A DNA stretch of 61,500 nucleotides from a virus (Duplodnaviria > Caudoviricetes), in the IMG/VR virus record IMGVR_UViG_3300047509_000139, positions 1 to 61,500 of that record; one strand, written 5' to 3'. Positions 45,654 through 56,075 of the stretch are shown piece by piece. A program made the translations under genes and the position numbers. Each line of letters starts with the position of its first letter. Position 1 is the first letter of the stretch. Below the pieces are notes generated by a model that was not told where the DNA came from, searched no databases, and was given only the letters and a program-made list of their open reading frames with translations.

Positions 45654-47149
45654 CCCAAGTGAAAATTACCAACATCACGATCACGGACACTTATGGGACA
45701 ACCCATGCAGCGTTCAAGCCCGGTACGGTTACGCGGATCTGTGGCCGCAACGGGAGCGGAAAGTCATCGGTACTCCGAGCCCTGCTTTACATCTTCTCCG
45801 GTGGCTGCGATCCGTCCGTCGTGCGCAAGGGAGCCGAGAAAAGCTTCATCTCACTTACCCTGGACGACGGTACGATCATCGCGAAGACTACGAGGCCGAA
45901 GCGCGCACGCAAGGGATCGGAAATCACCGGCTGGGTAGCGGACCTAGAGATTACCGCGCCGGACGGGTCCGTGATCGATGCACCGCAGTCGTACATCAAC
46001 CAACTAAGCGAGGCGCTGGCCGTCGATCCGTCTGTATTGCTCCGAGTAGACGCAACCACCGTACCTGGACGCAGGCAACTTGCCGCAGAACTCATGAGGC
46101 TGGTGCCGATAGTATTTACACAAGAGGAGATTGCAACCGCAATCAGATACCGTAGCACGGTTGAGGTGCCAAGAGGGAACGAAGACGTACTCGCACTTCC
46201 TCCAGCAATAGACTTGCCTGCTGAGATGTCCATCAATCTGGAGCAATTAAAGAAACTTGCTGCCTCTGTAACCGAGCAGCGCCGCAGGATCGGACAGATG
46301 CGCGATGAATCCTCCGGAGCGGTAGCGCAGCTCAAGAAAGCATTGCCGGAAACGACCGGGGAAGTCGCCGCTGCTTTCTTATCCGACCAACTCAAAGATC
46401 TGGAAGCCGCGCGTATCGAGATTGAGAAGGCTCACGCTGACCGCCGCCTTGAGATCGAACGCGAGAAGACGGCAGCACTGGATAAGGCACGGCAGGAGTG
46501 GACAGAATCGGTTCAGGCAACAAACGCTGAAATCGATGCAAAGATTCGTGCTCTAGAAACGGAGCGTAGCACGCGCAATGCTGCCGCGAAAGATATCCAG
46601 TTGAAGATCAATGCCGCATGCGCTGAGGCCGAGAAGTTGGCACTCGCCGAACTCGAAAAGGAAGCCGACCCGGAGAAGCAGCGTGTAGTCCAGGAGATTG
46701 CGGTAATCAAAGAGCGCATCGTCGCCAACGCCAAGGCCGAAGGAGTGCGGCAGCAGATCGCCATCCAGGAGCAGTCGGCCCGCGCTGCGAACTGGACGTA
46801 TGACCAACTGACCGAAGTACTTACCCGCATGGAAGCGCTACGGCTGGAGAAGCTGAACGGATTGCCGGTCAGCGGGTTGACGGTTGAAGGCGATGCGGCT
46901 TACCTGGACGGGATACCGTGGGAGAATCAGAATACTATGCGCCGCGTCCAGGCCGTGCTGGAGATCTGCACGCAGCGGTCCGGCAAGCTCCCTTTTCTGA
47001 TCATAGATGACGCCGAGCATGCCGATGCAGAGATGCGCGCGGCTATCGAGCGCGGATTGGCGGAGGCGGGCTACCAGGTGATCGAGGCGATTGTGTCGGA
47101 GGGGCCGCTGACGATTGAGACGGTAAGCAAGGAGACGCTGTTCGCATGA
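45632..47149 (+). CDS. SbcC/Rad50-like coiled-coil ATPase
   Basis: GRNGSGKS Walker A, central coiled coil, LIIDDAE Walker B. Confidence 0.88.
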   Translation: MGKVAGVAQVKITNITITDTYGTTHAAFKPGTVTRICGRNGSGKSSVLRALLYIFSGGCDPSVVRKGAEKSFISLTLDDGTIIAKTTRPKRARKGSEITGWVADLEITAPDGSVIDAPQSYINQLSEALAVDPSVLLRVDATTVPGRRQLAAELMRLVPIVFTQEEIATAIRYRSTVEVPRGNEDVLALPPAIDLPAEMSINLEQLKKLAASVTEQRRRIGQMRDESSGAVAQLKKALPETTGEVAAAFLSDQLKDLEAARIEIEKAHADRRLEIEREKTAALDKARQEWTESVQATNAEIDAKIRALETERSTRNAAAKDIQLKINAACAEAEKLALAELEKEADPEKQRVVQEIAVIKERIVANAKAEGVRQQIAIQEQSARAANWTYDQLTEVLTRMEALRLEKLNGLPVSGLTVEGDAAYLDGIPWENQNTMRRVQAVLEICTQRSGKLPFLIIDDAEHADAEMRAAIERGLAEAGYQVIEAIVSEGPLTIETVSKETLFA

Positions 47150-47709
47150 GAATACGGAGGCCCTAGATGGGAAGCGATCCTCAGACCTACTTGCAAGATC
47201 AGCACGACCGCGACTTTGGAGACGTGGAGCGCATGCTGGAGCGTATCTACTCGTTTCTGGAAAAGGTTAACCACGTTCATCTACCGGACGCCACGATCCT
47301 GCGCGCGAGTGAAGTATGGGATCTTCTCCAGAAGGTGAAACGACGATGACGCGACCAACGGAAGGCGAACTGGTGGACATGCAGCGACGGGCGCGGGCCG
47401 TCATCGAGACGCTAAACAACGCTGAAGGATCCGTAAAAAACCGCCGAGGCAACGCCCTTGACTTTCAGGATGCGGCGGAGCGCATCGGCCAGTGCTCTGA
47501 TCTCGCCGAGCGCGTTTCGGACGACATCGACAAGCTCGCGGACTGGATACGGTCCGCAGATAACGTCACCCAGCGACGATAACCTGGGAGAAAATGGAGG
47601 TAGTCTCCCGCTTCGGTAAGGGATATGCAAACTTGAGTTTCACGGAGCCTGACTGTTAAGAATCAGCGGGACCGCTTGCAAACCGGTCCCGCGTTAAAAT
47701 TAAGCCAAT

Positions 47710-48537
47710 ATGCAAGAACTCAATCCAGACGGAGTAAGCGTTAAAGGTTGCTCGATCATTTACGCGCCCGCTGGCCAGGCCGGTGAGTATTCAGCGCTAG
47801 CTGCAAATCCGTACCGTGGCTGCGGTCATGCTTGTGCCTACTGCTACGTGCCGAACGTCCTACGCATGAGCCGGACGGAGTTCGATGCCGGTGCTATCGA
47901 ACGACCGGATTTCTTGCGGCTACTGGAAAAGGACGCGCGAAAGTATCAGGCTCTTGGCATCACCGAACAGGTAATGCTATCCTTCACGACCGATCCATAC
48001 GCGCCGAATGCCACGACTCTGACGCGTGACGTGCTTAGGACGCTGCAAGCCTATGGACTCGGAATCTGCACGCTCACAAAGGGCGGATATAGGGCGTTGC
48101 GAGACATCGACTTGTTTCGCCCAGGCCGCGATGCGTTTGCTTCCACGCTCACCTCCCTCGATGCCTCGTTCTCGGCGAAGTGGGAACGCGCCGCTGCCTG
48201 TCCAGATGAGCGCATCGATACGCTGCGAGAGTTCCATAGAATAGGGGTTTTTACCTGGGTAAGCCTAGAGCCGGTCCTCGATACGGCGGCTACATTGGAG
48301 ATCATCCGGCGAACTCATCGTTTTGTTGACCTGTACAAAATTGGGAGGGTAAACTACGTCGGGCTAACGAAGACGACAGACTGGCGGAAGTTCACCAGTG
48401 ATGTACTGAAAGTCCTAGCCGATACCGACGCGCGGCACTACATAAAGCGCGACCTCCAACCATACCTACCGGCCGGATATCAGAACCCGATGCGGGTAGA
48501 CCAGTTCCGGGCAGAGGCTTTTCCAATCTTGCAATGA
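47710..48537 (+). CDS. radical SAM protein (spore photoproduct lyase-like)
   Basis: NPYRGCGHACAYCY, FTTDPY, LTKGG, WVSLEPV. Confidence 0.88.
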   Translation: MQELNPDGVSVKGCSIIYAPAGQAGEYSALAANPYRGCGHACAYCYVPNVLRMSRTEFDAGAIERPDFLRLLEKDARKYQALGITEQVMLSFTTDPYAPNATTLTRDVLRTLQAYGLGICTLTKGGYRALRDIDLFRPGRDAFASTLTSLDASFSAKWERAAACPDERIDTLREFHRIGVFTWVSLEPVLDTAATLEIIRRTHRFVDLYKIGRVNYVGLTKTTDWRKFTSDVLKVLADTDARHYIKRDLQPYLPAGYQNPMRVDQFRAEAFPILQ

Positions 48538-48893
48538 CCAGAGCCGATAAAACCCCAATTGCCGCTAATCCTAGCCCCGCCATTGAATCGGCAAGCCGCT
48601 CCAGGTCTGTAACCATCCGGACGACGGAAGGCCCGGAGGACGTTGAGGCGGAGGTTTACGGTGTACTTGCCGTCCACGAAGGCGTCAACGGCAAGAAACT
48701 AAATAACTTAACTCATGTTTCGACCGGCAAATCCGTGATCCGAGACTTGACGGAACTGGAAGCGCTGCTCCTAGCGCGGATTCTCTGCCGGCTGGATTGG
48801 GAAAACTACGATGTCGCGCGGAAGGAAGAGTTCCGGCTGGGAGTCCGGCAGGCAGCCAAGGGAATCGCCGGACCGCAGGCAAACATCCCCTGA
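48534..48893 (+). CDS. hypothetical protein
   Basis: ATGA overlap; LTHVSTG motif. Confidence 0.55.
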   Translation: MTRADKTPIAANPSPAIESASRSRSVTIRTTEGPEDVEAEVYGVLAVHEGVNGKKLNNLTHVSTGKSVIRDLTELEALLLARILCRLDWENYDVARKEEFRLGVRQAAKGIAGPQANIP

Positions 48894-49251
48894 ACGGAAG
48901 CGGGAGGCCGAATCACTACTGCACCTCGGGTTCTCGATCAGAGCGGTATGCCGGGAACTTCAGATGGGGAAGGATACGGCGCGGAAGATCGCGCGGGAGA
49001 TGGGAAGCTGGAGGATCGCTGCGGTAGGGAAGCGGTGGAGGATCTAATGGTGGTAGCAGGACGAGTAATGCTGCGTTCGATAGCCGATTTTACGCACCGG
49101 TGCGAGACGTTGATCCGCGCCGAGCAGGAAAAGATTGCTCCGGACAACTTCCTGATCGACGTGCTCTGCGATGCGGTAAGATTATGCCGCGAAATGGAAG
49201 ATAGCCACAAGGACCTACTGAGCAACCTTCGCGGTTCCCAAAAGTTCTAAG

Positions 49252-49737
49252 GTGTACTGGAGACTTTCAGATCGCGCTGACGTAACGGTCCTGCCATTAG
49301 CCGACCGTCATTACAACCGCCAAAAGCCAGGTACACCACAATTTGTTCCGCCCGGTCGCTGTCTTGTACTAGCGACCGCCGATCAGGGTGCGCTGTGGGT
49401 AACCAGTTGGCCGCTGCCGCAATACGTGAAGCACCGCTGGCCTGGCGCGTGGGTCAATTCCCTATTCAGGCGTGAGAATGGCCCGTTGCCTTCTGTGCTG
49501 ATACGCGAAGCCGTGGCCGCAACTATGTGGTATTGGCCGGAAGTTCCAGAACTCGGCATGGTGACGTTTATCGATCGGGATAAGGTTCGACCGCGGCGCG
49601 CTGGCTATGGCAAGTGCTACCTGAAGGCGGGATTTGAGCCAGACGGCGAGACCAAGGGCGGCTTGCTAGCATTCAGATTGCGACCAGAACGCATGCCGGA
49701 ACCTGAAGCACCGGCAATTAGCGAACTATTTTTGTAA
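49252..49737 (+). CDS. conserved phage protein, possibly Mom/GNAT-like
   Basis: LADRHYNRQKPG..QFVPPGR, FRRE, GKCYLKAGF. Confidence 0.65.
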   Translation: MYWRLSDRADVTVLPLADRHYNRQKPGTPQFVPPGRCLVLATADQGALWVTSWPLPQYVKHRWPGAWVNSLFRRENGPLPSVLIREAVAATMWYWPEVPELGMVTFIDRDKVRPRRAGYGKCYLKAGFEPDGETKGGLLAFRLRPERMPEPEAPAISELFL

Positions 49738-49738
49738 G

Positions 49739-50377
49739 CTACTGAGCGATCCTGAAGACTGCCCTCGGAGACTTGATCTTCTTGCCGGTCACCGGGTCCT
49801 TCACGACCGCCGAGCCAAAAGCCGAGAGCGTGATCGAATCCATGGCCTTCAGAGTGAACGGTTGATCCAGCGCGTCATCGGTTAGTGACGAGAGATCCGG
49901 CTGCGATGCCTGCAACTGATTGCCGACCAGATGCAAAAACCCGATGCCCGCTCCGACCTCGCCCATCACCCGCACCGAGGCTGTAATAAATCCTCCCCCC
50001 ATGAACACCAGCCCGCCGTCCGCCGCCAGTTCGATCCCTTCCACAACGATGTGCTGCCACGATTGCGATTGTTTCTGGCTGAGATATGCGTTGAGTCGCC
50101 TCGGAGTAATCAGGTTGATGTCGCCACTCCCGGCACGGATGCGGGTGGGCTGAATCGGTTGATCGGTAGGGAGGTTGCTGATGATGTAGATGTTGTAGAG
50201 CATCAGTCCTTTGATGTGAAATTTCTTGACCGTCACCGGGTCTGGCTTGATGACTACACAAACCCCAACCACGCCGTCACAGGGATTGTCGGATAGAACG
50301 GGCGGAGCTGGCGCTCGCGGTTGGCCTGCATAAGCCGCCGCGGTCCAAAGCATCGGCAATAGGAGCAGCCGCGTCAC
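49739..50377 (-). CDS. exported/membrane protein
   Basis: Signal-peptide-like N-terminus ending AAAYA. Confidence 0.6.
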   Translation of the reverse strand: MTRLLLLPMLWTAAAYAGQPRAPAPPVLSDNPCDGVVGVCVVIKPDPVTVKKFHIKGLMLYNIYIISNLPTDQPIQPTRIRAGSGDINLITPRRLNAYLSQKQSQSWQHIVVEGIELAADGGLVFMGGGFITASVRVMGEVGAGIGFLHLVGNQLQASQPDLSSLTDDALDQPFTLKAMDSITLSAFGSAVVKDPVTGKKIKSPRAVFRIAQ

Positions 50378-50378
50378 G

Positions 50379-50828
50379 TCAACCAGCCTTGTTCCGACTT
50401 GCTACCCGCGCGATCGGCACCGGCTTCTCGTTCTCGGTATCGGAGTCTGGGCAGAAGATCGGGAATAGGTCCAGGTGCTCATCCCGCACCTTTTCCGCCG
50501 CACTCAGTTTGTCGAGTTCCCTCCGAATGACCGCAGAGGCTTCCGGCGAGATATCAATCGGAGACTCCACGTTCGTCTCCTTGTTCAGTTTAGTGAAGAT
50601 AGACGAGCCGGCGGGAACCTTGGTAATCGGCTTTCCGTCTGGTCCGAGAGTCTGAAACTCCGGCGGAATTGCATCGCCTTCCTGCAAAATCCCTAGAGCT
50701 TTGTGCTCTGCGGGACTTTCGAACGACAACGCTTCTTTCAGGCGTCGTACCGTTCTCATATTGACCAGACCGCCTTCGGCCGGCAAAAGCTTCATCAGAA
50801 CGATTCGTTGTGTTGGCGTCAGTTTCAT
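50379..50828 (-). CDS. hypothetical protein after the tail fibre (possible fibre chaperone)
   Basis: Co-directional ORF with purine-rich upstream sequence. Confidence 0.65.
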   Translation of the reverse strand: MKLTPTQRIVLMKLLPAEGGLVNMRTVRRLKEALSFESPAEHKALGILQEGDAIPPEFQTLGPDGKPITKVPAGSSIFTKLNKETNVESPIDISPEASAVIRRELDKLSAAEKVRDEHLDLFPIFCPDSDTENEKPVPIARVASRNKAG

Positions 50829-50843
50829 GTAATTCTCTTCCTT

Positions 50844-53800
50844 TTACGCGGTCAGAATACCGCCGCGAAACTGTCTTGTGCCGTTTGCTAGCGAGGCAGT
50901 CAGGCTCTCAGTCAATCCTATGTGGCCGCCTACGGAGAAATAGCCGGAATTTAGTAAAACGTTGGTATCTACTGAGATGCCTCCGGTTACCTGGAGCCGC
51001 AAGCCGCTTCCGTCATCCGACGTACGACCAAGATAGATCAGGCTGGTCGTTGTGATCCGCATGGCCTCAGCGTTGTTGGTAAAAAACGCCATCGGCAGGA
51101 ACGTACCTGCACCTGTTCGTCCGCTCGATACTGCTATATAGGTACTAGCGATTGCAGCGAAACTTCCGACCGACGCATTGGTCGAAGCCGTCACGCTCAC
51201 GAAAGAATTGATTGAGACGATGGCTCCAGCAGACAGTGATGCATCAGTGGAAGTGAGCCCAACCAATAACTGCCCGGCAGGCAACAGCCGCATTCGCTCA
51301 TTCGGATTGAGGAAGAAGCGGATCGGCAATAGCGCTCCGGTTCCAGTCTTGCCGGAAGATAAGTCAGCTCCAGCTCCGGTAGTAATGCCAAGAGCGAGAC
51401 ATGAACAGTTGGTAGCTGTATCGGCAGCAATGATCCCGTCCGCACTAACGATTGAACCTGGGAGTAGGCTGAGATCCGTAGAAGTGAATCCGAACAGCGT
51501 CGCCCCGTTTGTCAGCATCCTCACGCGCTCCGCCCCGTTGACAAAGAAGACGAGAGGAAGTTGGGTGCCTGATCCGGTAGCGAATGAAGACAGAGAGACG
51601 TAATTTCCTGCTATAGCGGCGAGACTGGCAACCGATGCGTTCGTCGAAGCCGTAACGCTTACGAAGACGCCTTTTACGATCAGGGCACTCGTAGACAGGC
51701 TTACGTCGGTAGAAGTAAGTCCAAAGAATCCGCTGCCGGCAATGTCCAACGGCCCTACTGCGCTTACGGCCCCTGCACCACTAACGATAAACGTGCCCGA
51801 GTTGGCCTGAAACGCTAGACTTGCTCCGGTAGCATACGATTGAATCAATCCGGATACGTTGACGGCACCGAGAACTTGAAGTTTGGCTCCGCTCCCATCG
51901 TCTGAAGTAGCGCCTACAAACACACTGCCCGGTGTCAGCGAGATACTCGGCACCGTAACCGCGCTGCGGTTGACCTCCATCCATACGAGGCTCGAAGCGC
52001 CAGTATCACTAGTGACGTAGAACAGAAGAGAATTTCCACTTACTGCACTAGCCCAGACCTTGTCATCTGTTGGGGCGGTCGTGTTGTTGTAACCCATTGG
52101 AGCCGACCCGCCCGCGCCCTGAACGAAGATCCCTCCGTCGCCGTGGATGACGCAACCGGAACTAGAAGTACCGACCAGGAAGGCGCTGCCTGAGATCGTT
52201 GAGGAGGAGAAGTCGATGCCGTTGAGGACCGTACCGCCGATGGTGCGCATAATGGTCCCGAACGTAGCATTGATCGGGAACGCGCCGTGGGCATCGCTAA
52301 TCAAGATTCCGTCCGTCCAGGTAACCGCACCTGTCGCGTTCGACAGCGCGAGCATGGAGTCATACGACGCACCGCGAACGGCGTCGTCAGGCCGTCCGCT
52401 AAGAGCCAGGATTTCCTTGATAGCTACCGACGAACCAGTCTGGGCCGCCGTATTCATCTCGCAGGCGAGGAGCGCGAACATGTGCTGGGCTGCTGATGTA
52501 AGAACTGCTTCCGCGCCCAACGCAAAGATGGAGCCTAACGGAGTGAGTGCCGTACCGCGATCTGATGACTGGGCATTGCACTGTGCACTGATCGCCTCAT
52601 ACTGGCGGTTGAACGGACTGCCGGCATCACTTGGACCTACGAGATAGGAATTGACGGACAAGCTCTGACGCCCGCCTCTCATCCCAGTGCCGCCGTAAAA
52701 ATGATTGATGAGCGAGGCTAAGACAAAGCCAGAACCAACATTCAATACGTCTGTACCGATCTCAATATCGGTGAAGCCGTTCCACGTATGCGTCCCGAGG
52801 GTGGCAATACCGATGGTATTGGTATACTTCCAGAGGACGTTGTTGCCGCTGTCACGGAAGTGAACCTCATGCTCTGGTAAAGCGTTGGTTCCTGCCAAGT
52901 TGATTCGAGTCAGGTCGAAATAATCGCCTTGGGCCTGCGACCACCGGCCTTTTACTCGGAACACGTTTCCTTCGCATCCATAGGCATCGACTATGAATGA
53001 ATCTCCGCCTAATCCTGTGGTTGCCGAACCTGGCGTTTGTCCCGTAGCGGTATCGAGCAACAGTCTGGCAAAGTAAGTACTGACTGACGTATTGCCGGTA
53101 AGTGACACGCTCCCGAGTACTTGTACCGGAGCGCCGGTGCCGTCATCAGAGATATGGTTAACGAGCACGTTTCCGCCGGATGTCAGGATGAAGTCTGGAT
53201 TAATATTGCCTTTTCCGCTCAGCCCGATGCCGGAGTATAAACCTGAGGTCCCGTAAGCCAATTCGATGTAGCCTCGATTGCCGCTTACGCCAGAAAAGCT
53301 GGCATCGACGGTAGGCTGAATGCGCCAGGCGCTCGTAGTCCATGACGATCCGGCGAGAGTGCGGTGCTGTACAAACAACAACCTGTCGTTATCGCCGCTG
53401 TTACCCATGAACTCAACGGCGTAGTTCATGGCGTCGAGGGTCGTGGCTAAGGAAGAGGTAGACTGCACCGCTAAGCCAGTCGCATTGTTTACACCGACTC
53501 CTCCGGTATTTACGGATAACAGGGCCGATGGAGAAGTAGTGCCTATTCCGACCTTAGCTGTCACGTCTACTGTGATCGCTCGCGTCGCGCCCATGAAGAC
53601 AGCTATCGGGAGAAGCGTCCCGCTGTTCGTCTTATTGCTGCTGAGGGCTACATAGTTTCCGGCGATGGCAGCGAAGCTCCCCACGGAAGCGTTCGACGCG
53701 GCAGTAACGCTCACGATGGCATTGCTCGTAAGCAGCCCGCCGACGCCGCTGAACACCACGTCCGTAGTCGATATGCCGACCAGAACTGGGTGAGTATTGG

Positions 53801-56072
53801 AAGAATGAAGAAACGTTCCAGAATCCAACCACAGAGAACTCAGGTCGCCGCCAACTCCTCCGGAACCGGCACCGCTCAGGCGTATCAATACCGTCGAATC
53901 CGGAGGGAACAGGATTACTACGAGGCCGGTCGCGTCGAACTGGTCCGGCAGGATTACGAACGTGGCCCCCGAATCAAAAGTATTGGCCGCGTTCGCGACT
54001 ACCTTTACGTAGTTGATGTCCGTGGAGATCTTCTTGATAGCCAGGCGATGATCTGGCACGCTGGTATTCACGAGAAGCGTAAAGATCAATCCACCTGGAA
54101 GCGTTACCGCAGCCCCGTTGCTGTGAGTAGCCGGAGTCGTTCCTGACGCTCCGCGTTCTACCGTCGGTGTCGCCGTCAAGGCTCCGCTGATGATCCGCAT
54201 GCGCTCCGTACCGCACAGGGTGTCTGTACCGTTGACCGTTCCCGCACCGCTAGACGATAGCGTAATAACTTCTTGGGTTCCCGGCGCTGGCGTAGTTGTG
54301 ATTGCGGCACCGAGCGTCAGGGCGGTAGGTTGGGTAATAGTGCTAGTATCGCACTCAACCAAGTCATCAGTAGAAAGTTGCGTACTGCTAGCAGTTATCT
54401 TTCGTGCTAATCCGAGAGGCCCGGAACCTCCTCCTCCGCCGCCAACGCCGGAAATGCTTCCGGCGGAAGAACCACCCAACGTAGAACGCCAGTCCCAGTT
54501 AATCAGCGAACCTTTGATCGCCGTAGCTTTCCAGAGCGACAGGTTGTCTTGGGAGGTCAGAACTACGGAGTCGATCAGGAAGTCGTCATTGACGCCGAAG
54601 TCGCTCAGCTCGATGTGGATCATTTGCCCGATGGCAAGTCCACTGCGGTACGTTTCAATCTCGAAGCGCGATGGAACCTTGCCGTACTGAAGCACGGTTG
54701 CCTGAGCCTGAGCCTGACCATCGTTTGCTCCAGGACCGGTAGAAGCAGCGTCGAACACTTGCTCGTAGTATCCGGTGCCACTCTCCAAGGCTGCGCGATT
54801 GCCTACTTCCGTGTCGTCGCTGTAAAGAAAGATCGGATTGATGTTGTACTGATAGGTTATATGAAGATTCTGCGCAGACGTGAGTACTGTACCGCCCGCA
54901 TCTTGAGTGATCACGGTCGAGTCTTGGTTCCAATACCAGTCTTTGCCGGTATCTGACCCGAGGACGCCGACCGTCTTCATTACTCCGTTTACATCGATCG
55001 TCGGAGTTGCCCCGACCGGATGCGTCGTATAGAAGACGGTCTTCACCGAATCACCGGCAAACGTATCGACGACGCTTCCCCCTGTCAGTGATTGGCCCAG
55101 ATGGACGTACGCGCGGTTCAAATACTGCTCACGCGTCTCGGTGTCTTTAATATGAACGAGGACGTTGCCATCGCTGAGGTCGGAGTCGTCTACGTTGAAC
55201 GGAGCCGCCGTGGTCGTTTGCTTCGCCAGAACCACCACGCGGTACGGCGTGGTGTACCAATACCATACGTCGGTGCCGCTGGCCAACGTGCAAAGGTTGT
55301 CGAACCAATTGCCCACCGTGTCATACTTGATGCTCGATACGCTGGGAATGGTAGGCCCGGTAATAAGGCTCAGTCCGATGCCATCGTCGTATAGAGAGAA
55401 GCCGATCCCAACTCCGGTATCATGGATGGCCTGGAAGATGGCATCCAGCGTCATGTTGCTGAACGTCTGTCCAGGGATCACGCGCTTGTATAGCAAAAGA
55501 TCCCACGAGACGCACGAGCACGTTACCATGATCAGGTTGAGGTTCGAAGACGCCCGCTGCGAACCAGGAAGGTTGTCAAGTTCAACTTGATCTACCGTTC
55601 CTCCGAAGATTGCACCGATCACGTCGTCGATCAGCATCACCGGTTGGCCCTGGAACGGTAGGGCGGTAAGCCCATAAGATCCACCTGGGTCACCGAACGC
55701 TCCGGCTTTGAACTTCAGCGTGTCCCTAACCGTCAAAGAAGAGTCGTATTCGATGGAGCCGGACTCCGCAGAGATCGCGCGAAAGATGATGCCGTTTGGA
55801 GTGTCAGCGGTGACGGTGGTCAATGCAGCGTTCGCCAAGCTGCACGCTCCAGGTCCGGACACGGAAACGATGGTCGTGACGTGCAGCCCGCCCAACGCGC
55901 CGGCTCCGATGATCGTGACCGGGCATCCTACATCCGCAGACGTCAGGGTCTGCCCGGCAGGCAAGCCCCACCCCGTTACGTTGAAGCCGAACGCCGTAAT
56001 ATTGAGACCTCCTACGTACCCAAGGCGGAGCTTCAGCGTTGAAGTAGTATTCGGAGATGGAGTGAATCCCAT
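50844..56072 (-). CDS. large tail protein/tail fibre
   Basis: 1742 aa, Gly/Ser/Thr-rich, follows tape measure; VGIGTTSP and internal repeats. Confidence 0.85.
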   Translation of the reverse strand: MGFTPSPNTTSTLKLRLGYVGGLNITAFGFNVTGWGLPAGQTLTSADVGCPVTIIGAGALGGLHVTTIVSVSGPGACSLANAALTTVTADTPNGIIFRAISAESGSIEYDSSLTVRDTLKFKAGAFGDPGGSYGLTALPFQGQPVMLIDDVIGAIFGGTVDQVELDNLPGSQRASSNLNLIMVTCSCVSWDLLLYKRVIPGQTFSNMTLDAIFQAIHDTGVGIGFSLYDDGIGLSLITGPTIPSVSSIKYDTVGNWFDNLCTLASGTDVWYWYTTPYRVVVLAKQTTTAAPFNVDDSDLSDGNVLVHIKDTETREQYLNRAYVHLGQSLTGGSVVDTFAGDSVKTVFYTTHPVGATPTIDVNGVMKTVGVLGSDTGKDWYWNQDSTVITQDAGGTVLTSAQNLHITYQYNINPIFLYSDDTEVGNRAALESGTGYYEQVFDAASTGPGANDGQAQAQATVLQYGKVPSRFEIETYRSGLAIGQMIHIELSDFGVNDDFLIDSVVLTSQDNLSLWKATAIKGSLINWDWRSTLGGSSAGSISGVGGGGGGSGPLGLARKITASSTQLSTDDLVECDTSTITQPTALTLGAAITTTPAPGTQEVITLSSSGAGTVNGTDTLCGTERMRIISGALTATPTVERGASGTTPATHSNGAAVTLPGGLIFTLLVNTSVPDHRLAIKKISTDINYVKVVANAANTFDSGATFVILPDQFDATGLVVILFPPDSTVLIRLSGAGSGGVGGDLSSLWLDSGTFLHSSNTHPVLVGISTTDVVFSGVGGLLTSNAIVSVTAASNASVGSFAAIAGNYVALSSNKTNSGTLLPIAVFMGATRAITVDVTAKVGIGTTSPSALLSVNTGGVGVNNATGLAVQSTSSLATTLDAMNYAVEFMGNSGDNDRLLFVQHRTLAGSSWTTSAWRIQPTVDASFSGVSGNRGYIELAYGTSGLYSGIGLSGKGNINPDFILTSGGNVLVNHISDDGTGAPVQVLGSVSLTGNTSVSTYFARLLLDTATGQTPGSATTGLGGDSFIVDAYGCEGNVFRVKGRWSQAQGDYFDLTRINLAGTNALPEHEVHFRDSGNNVLWKYTNTIGIATLGTHTWNGFTDIEIGTDVLNVGSGFVLASLINHFYGGTGMRGGRQSLSVNSYLVGPSDAGSPFNRQYEAISAQCNAQSSDRGTALTPLGSIFALGAEAVLTSAAQHMFALLACEMNTAAQTGSSVAIKEILALSGRPDDAVRGASYDSMLALSNATGAVTWTDGILISDAHGAFPINATFGTIMRTIGGTVLNGIDFSSSTISGSAFLVGTSSSGCVIHGDGGIFVQGAGGSAPMGYNNTTAPTDDKVWASAVSGNSLLFYVTSDTGASSLVWMEVNRSAVTVPSISLTPGSVFVGATSDDGSGAKLQVLGAVNVSGLIQSYATGASLAFQANSGTFIVSGAGAVSAVGPLDIAGSGFFGLTSTDVSLSTSALIVKGVFVSVTASTNASVASLAAIAGNYVSLSSFATGSGTQLPLVFFVNGAERVRMLTNGATLFGFTSTDLSLLPGSIVSADGIIAADTATNCSCLALGITTGAGADLSSGKTGTGALLPIRFFLNPNERMRLLPAGQLLVGLTSTDASLSAGAIVSINSFVSVTASTNASVGSFAAIASTYIAVSSGRTGAGTFLPMAFFTNNAEAMRITTTSLIYLGRTSDDGSGLRLQVTGGISVDTNVLLNSGYFSVGGHIGLTESLTASLANGTRQFRGGILTA

Positions 56073-56075
56073 GAC

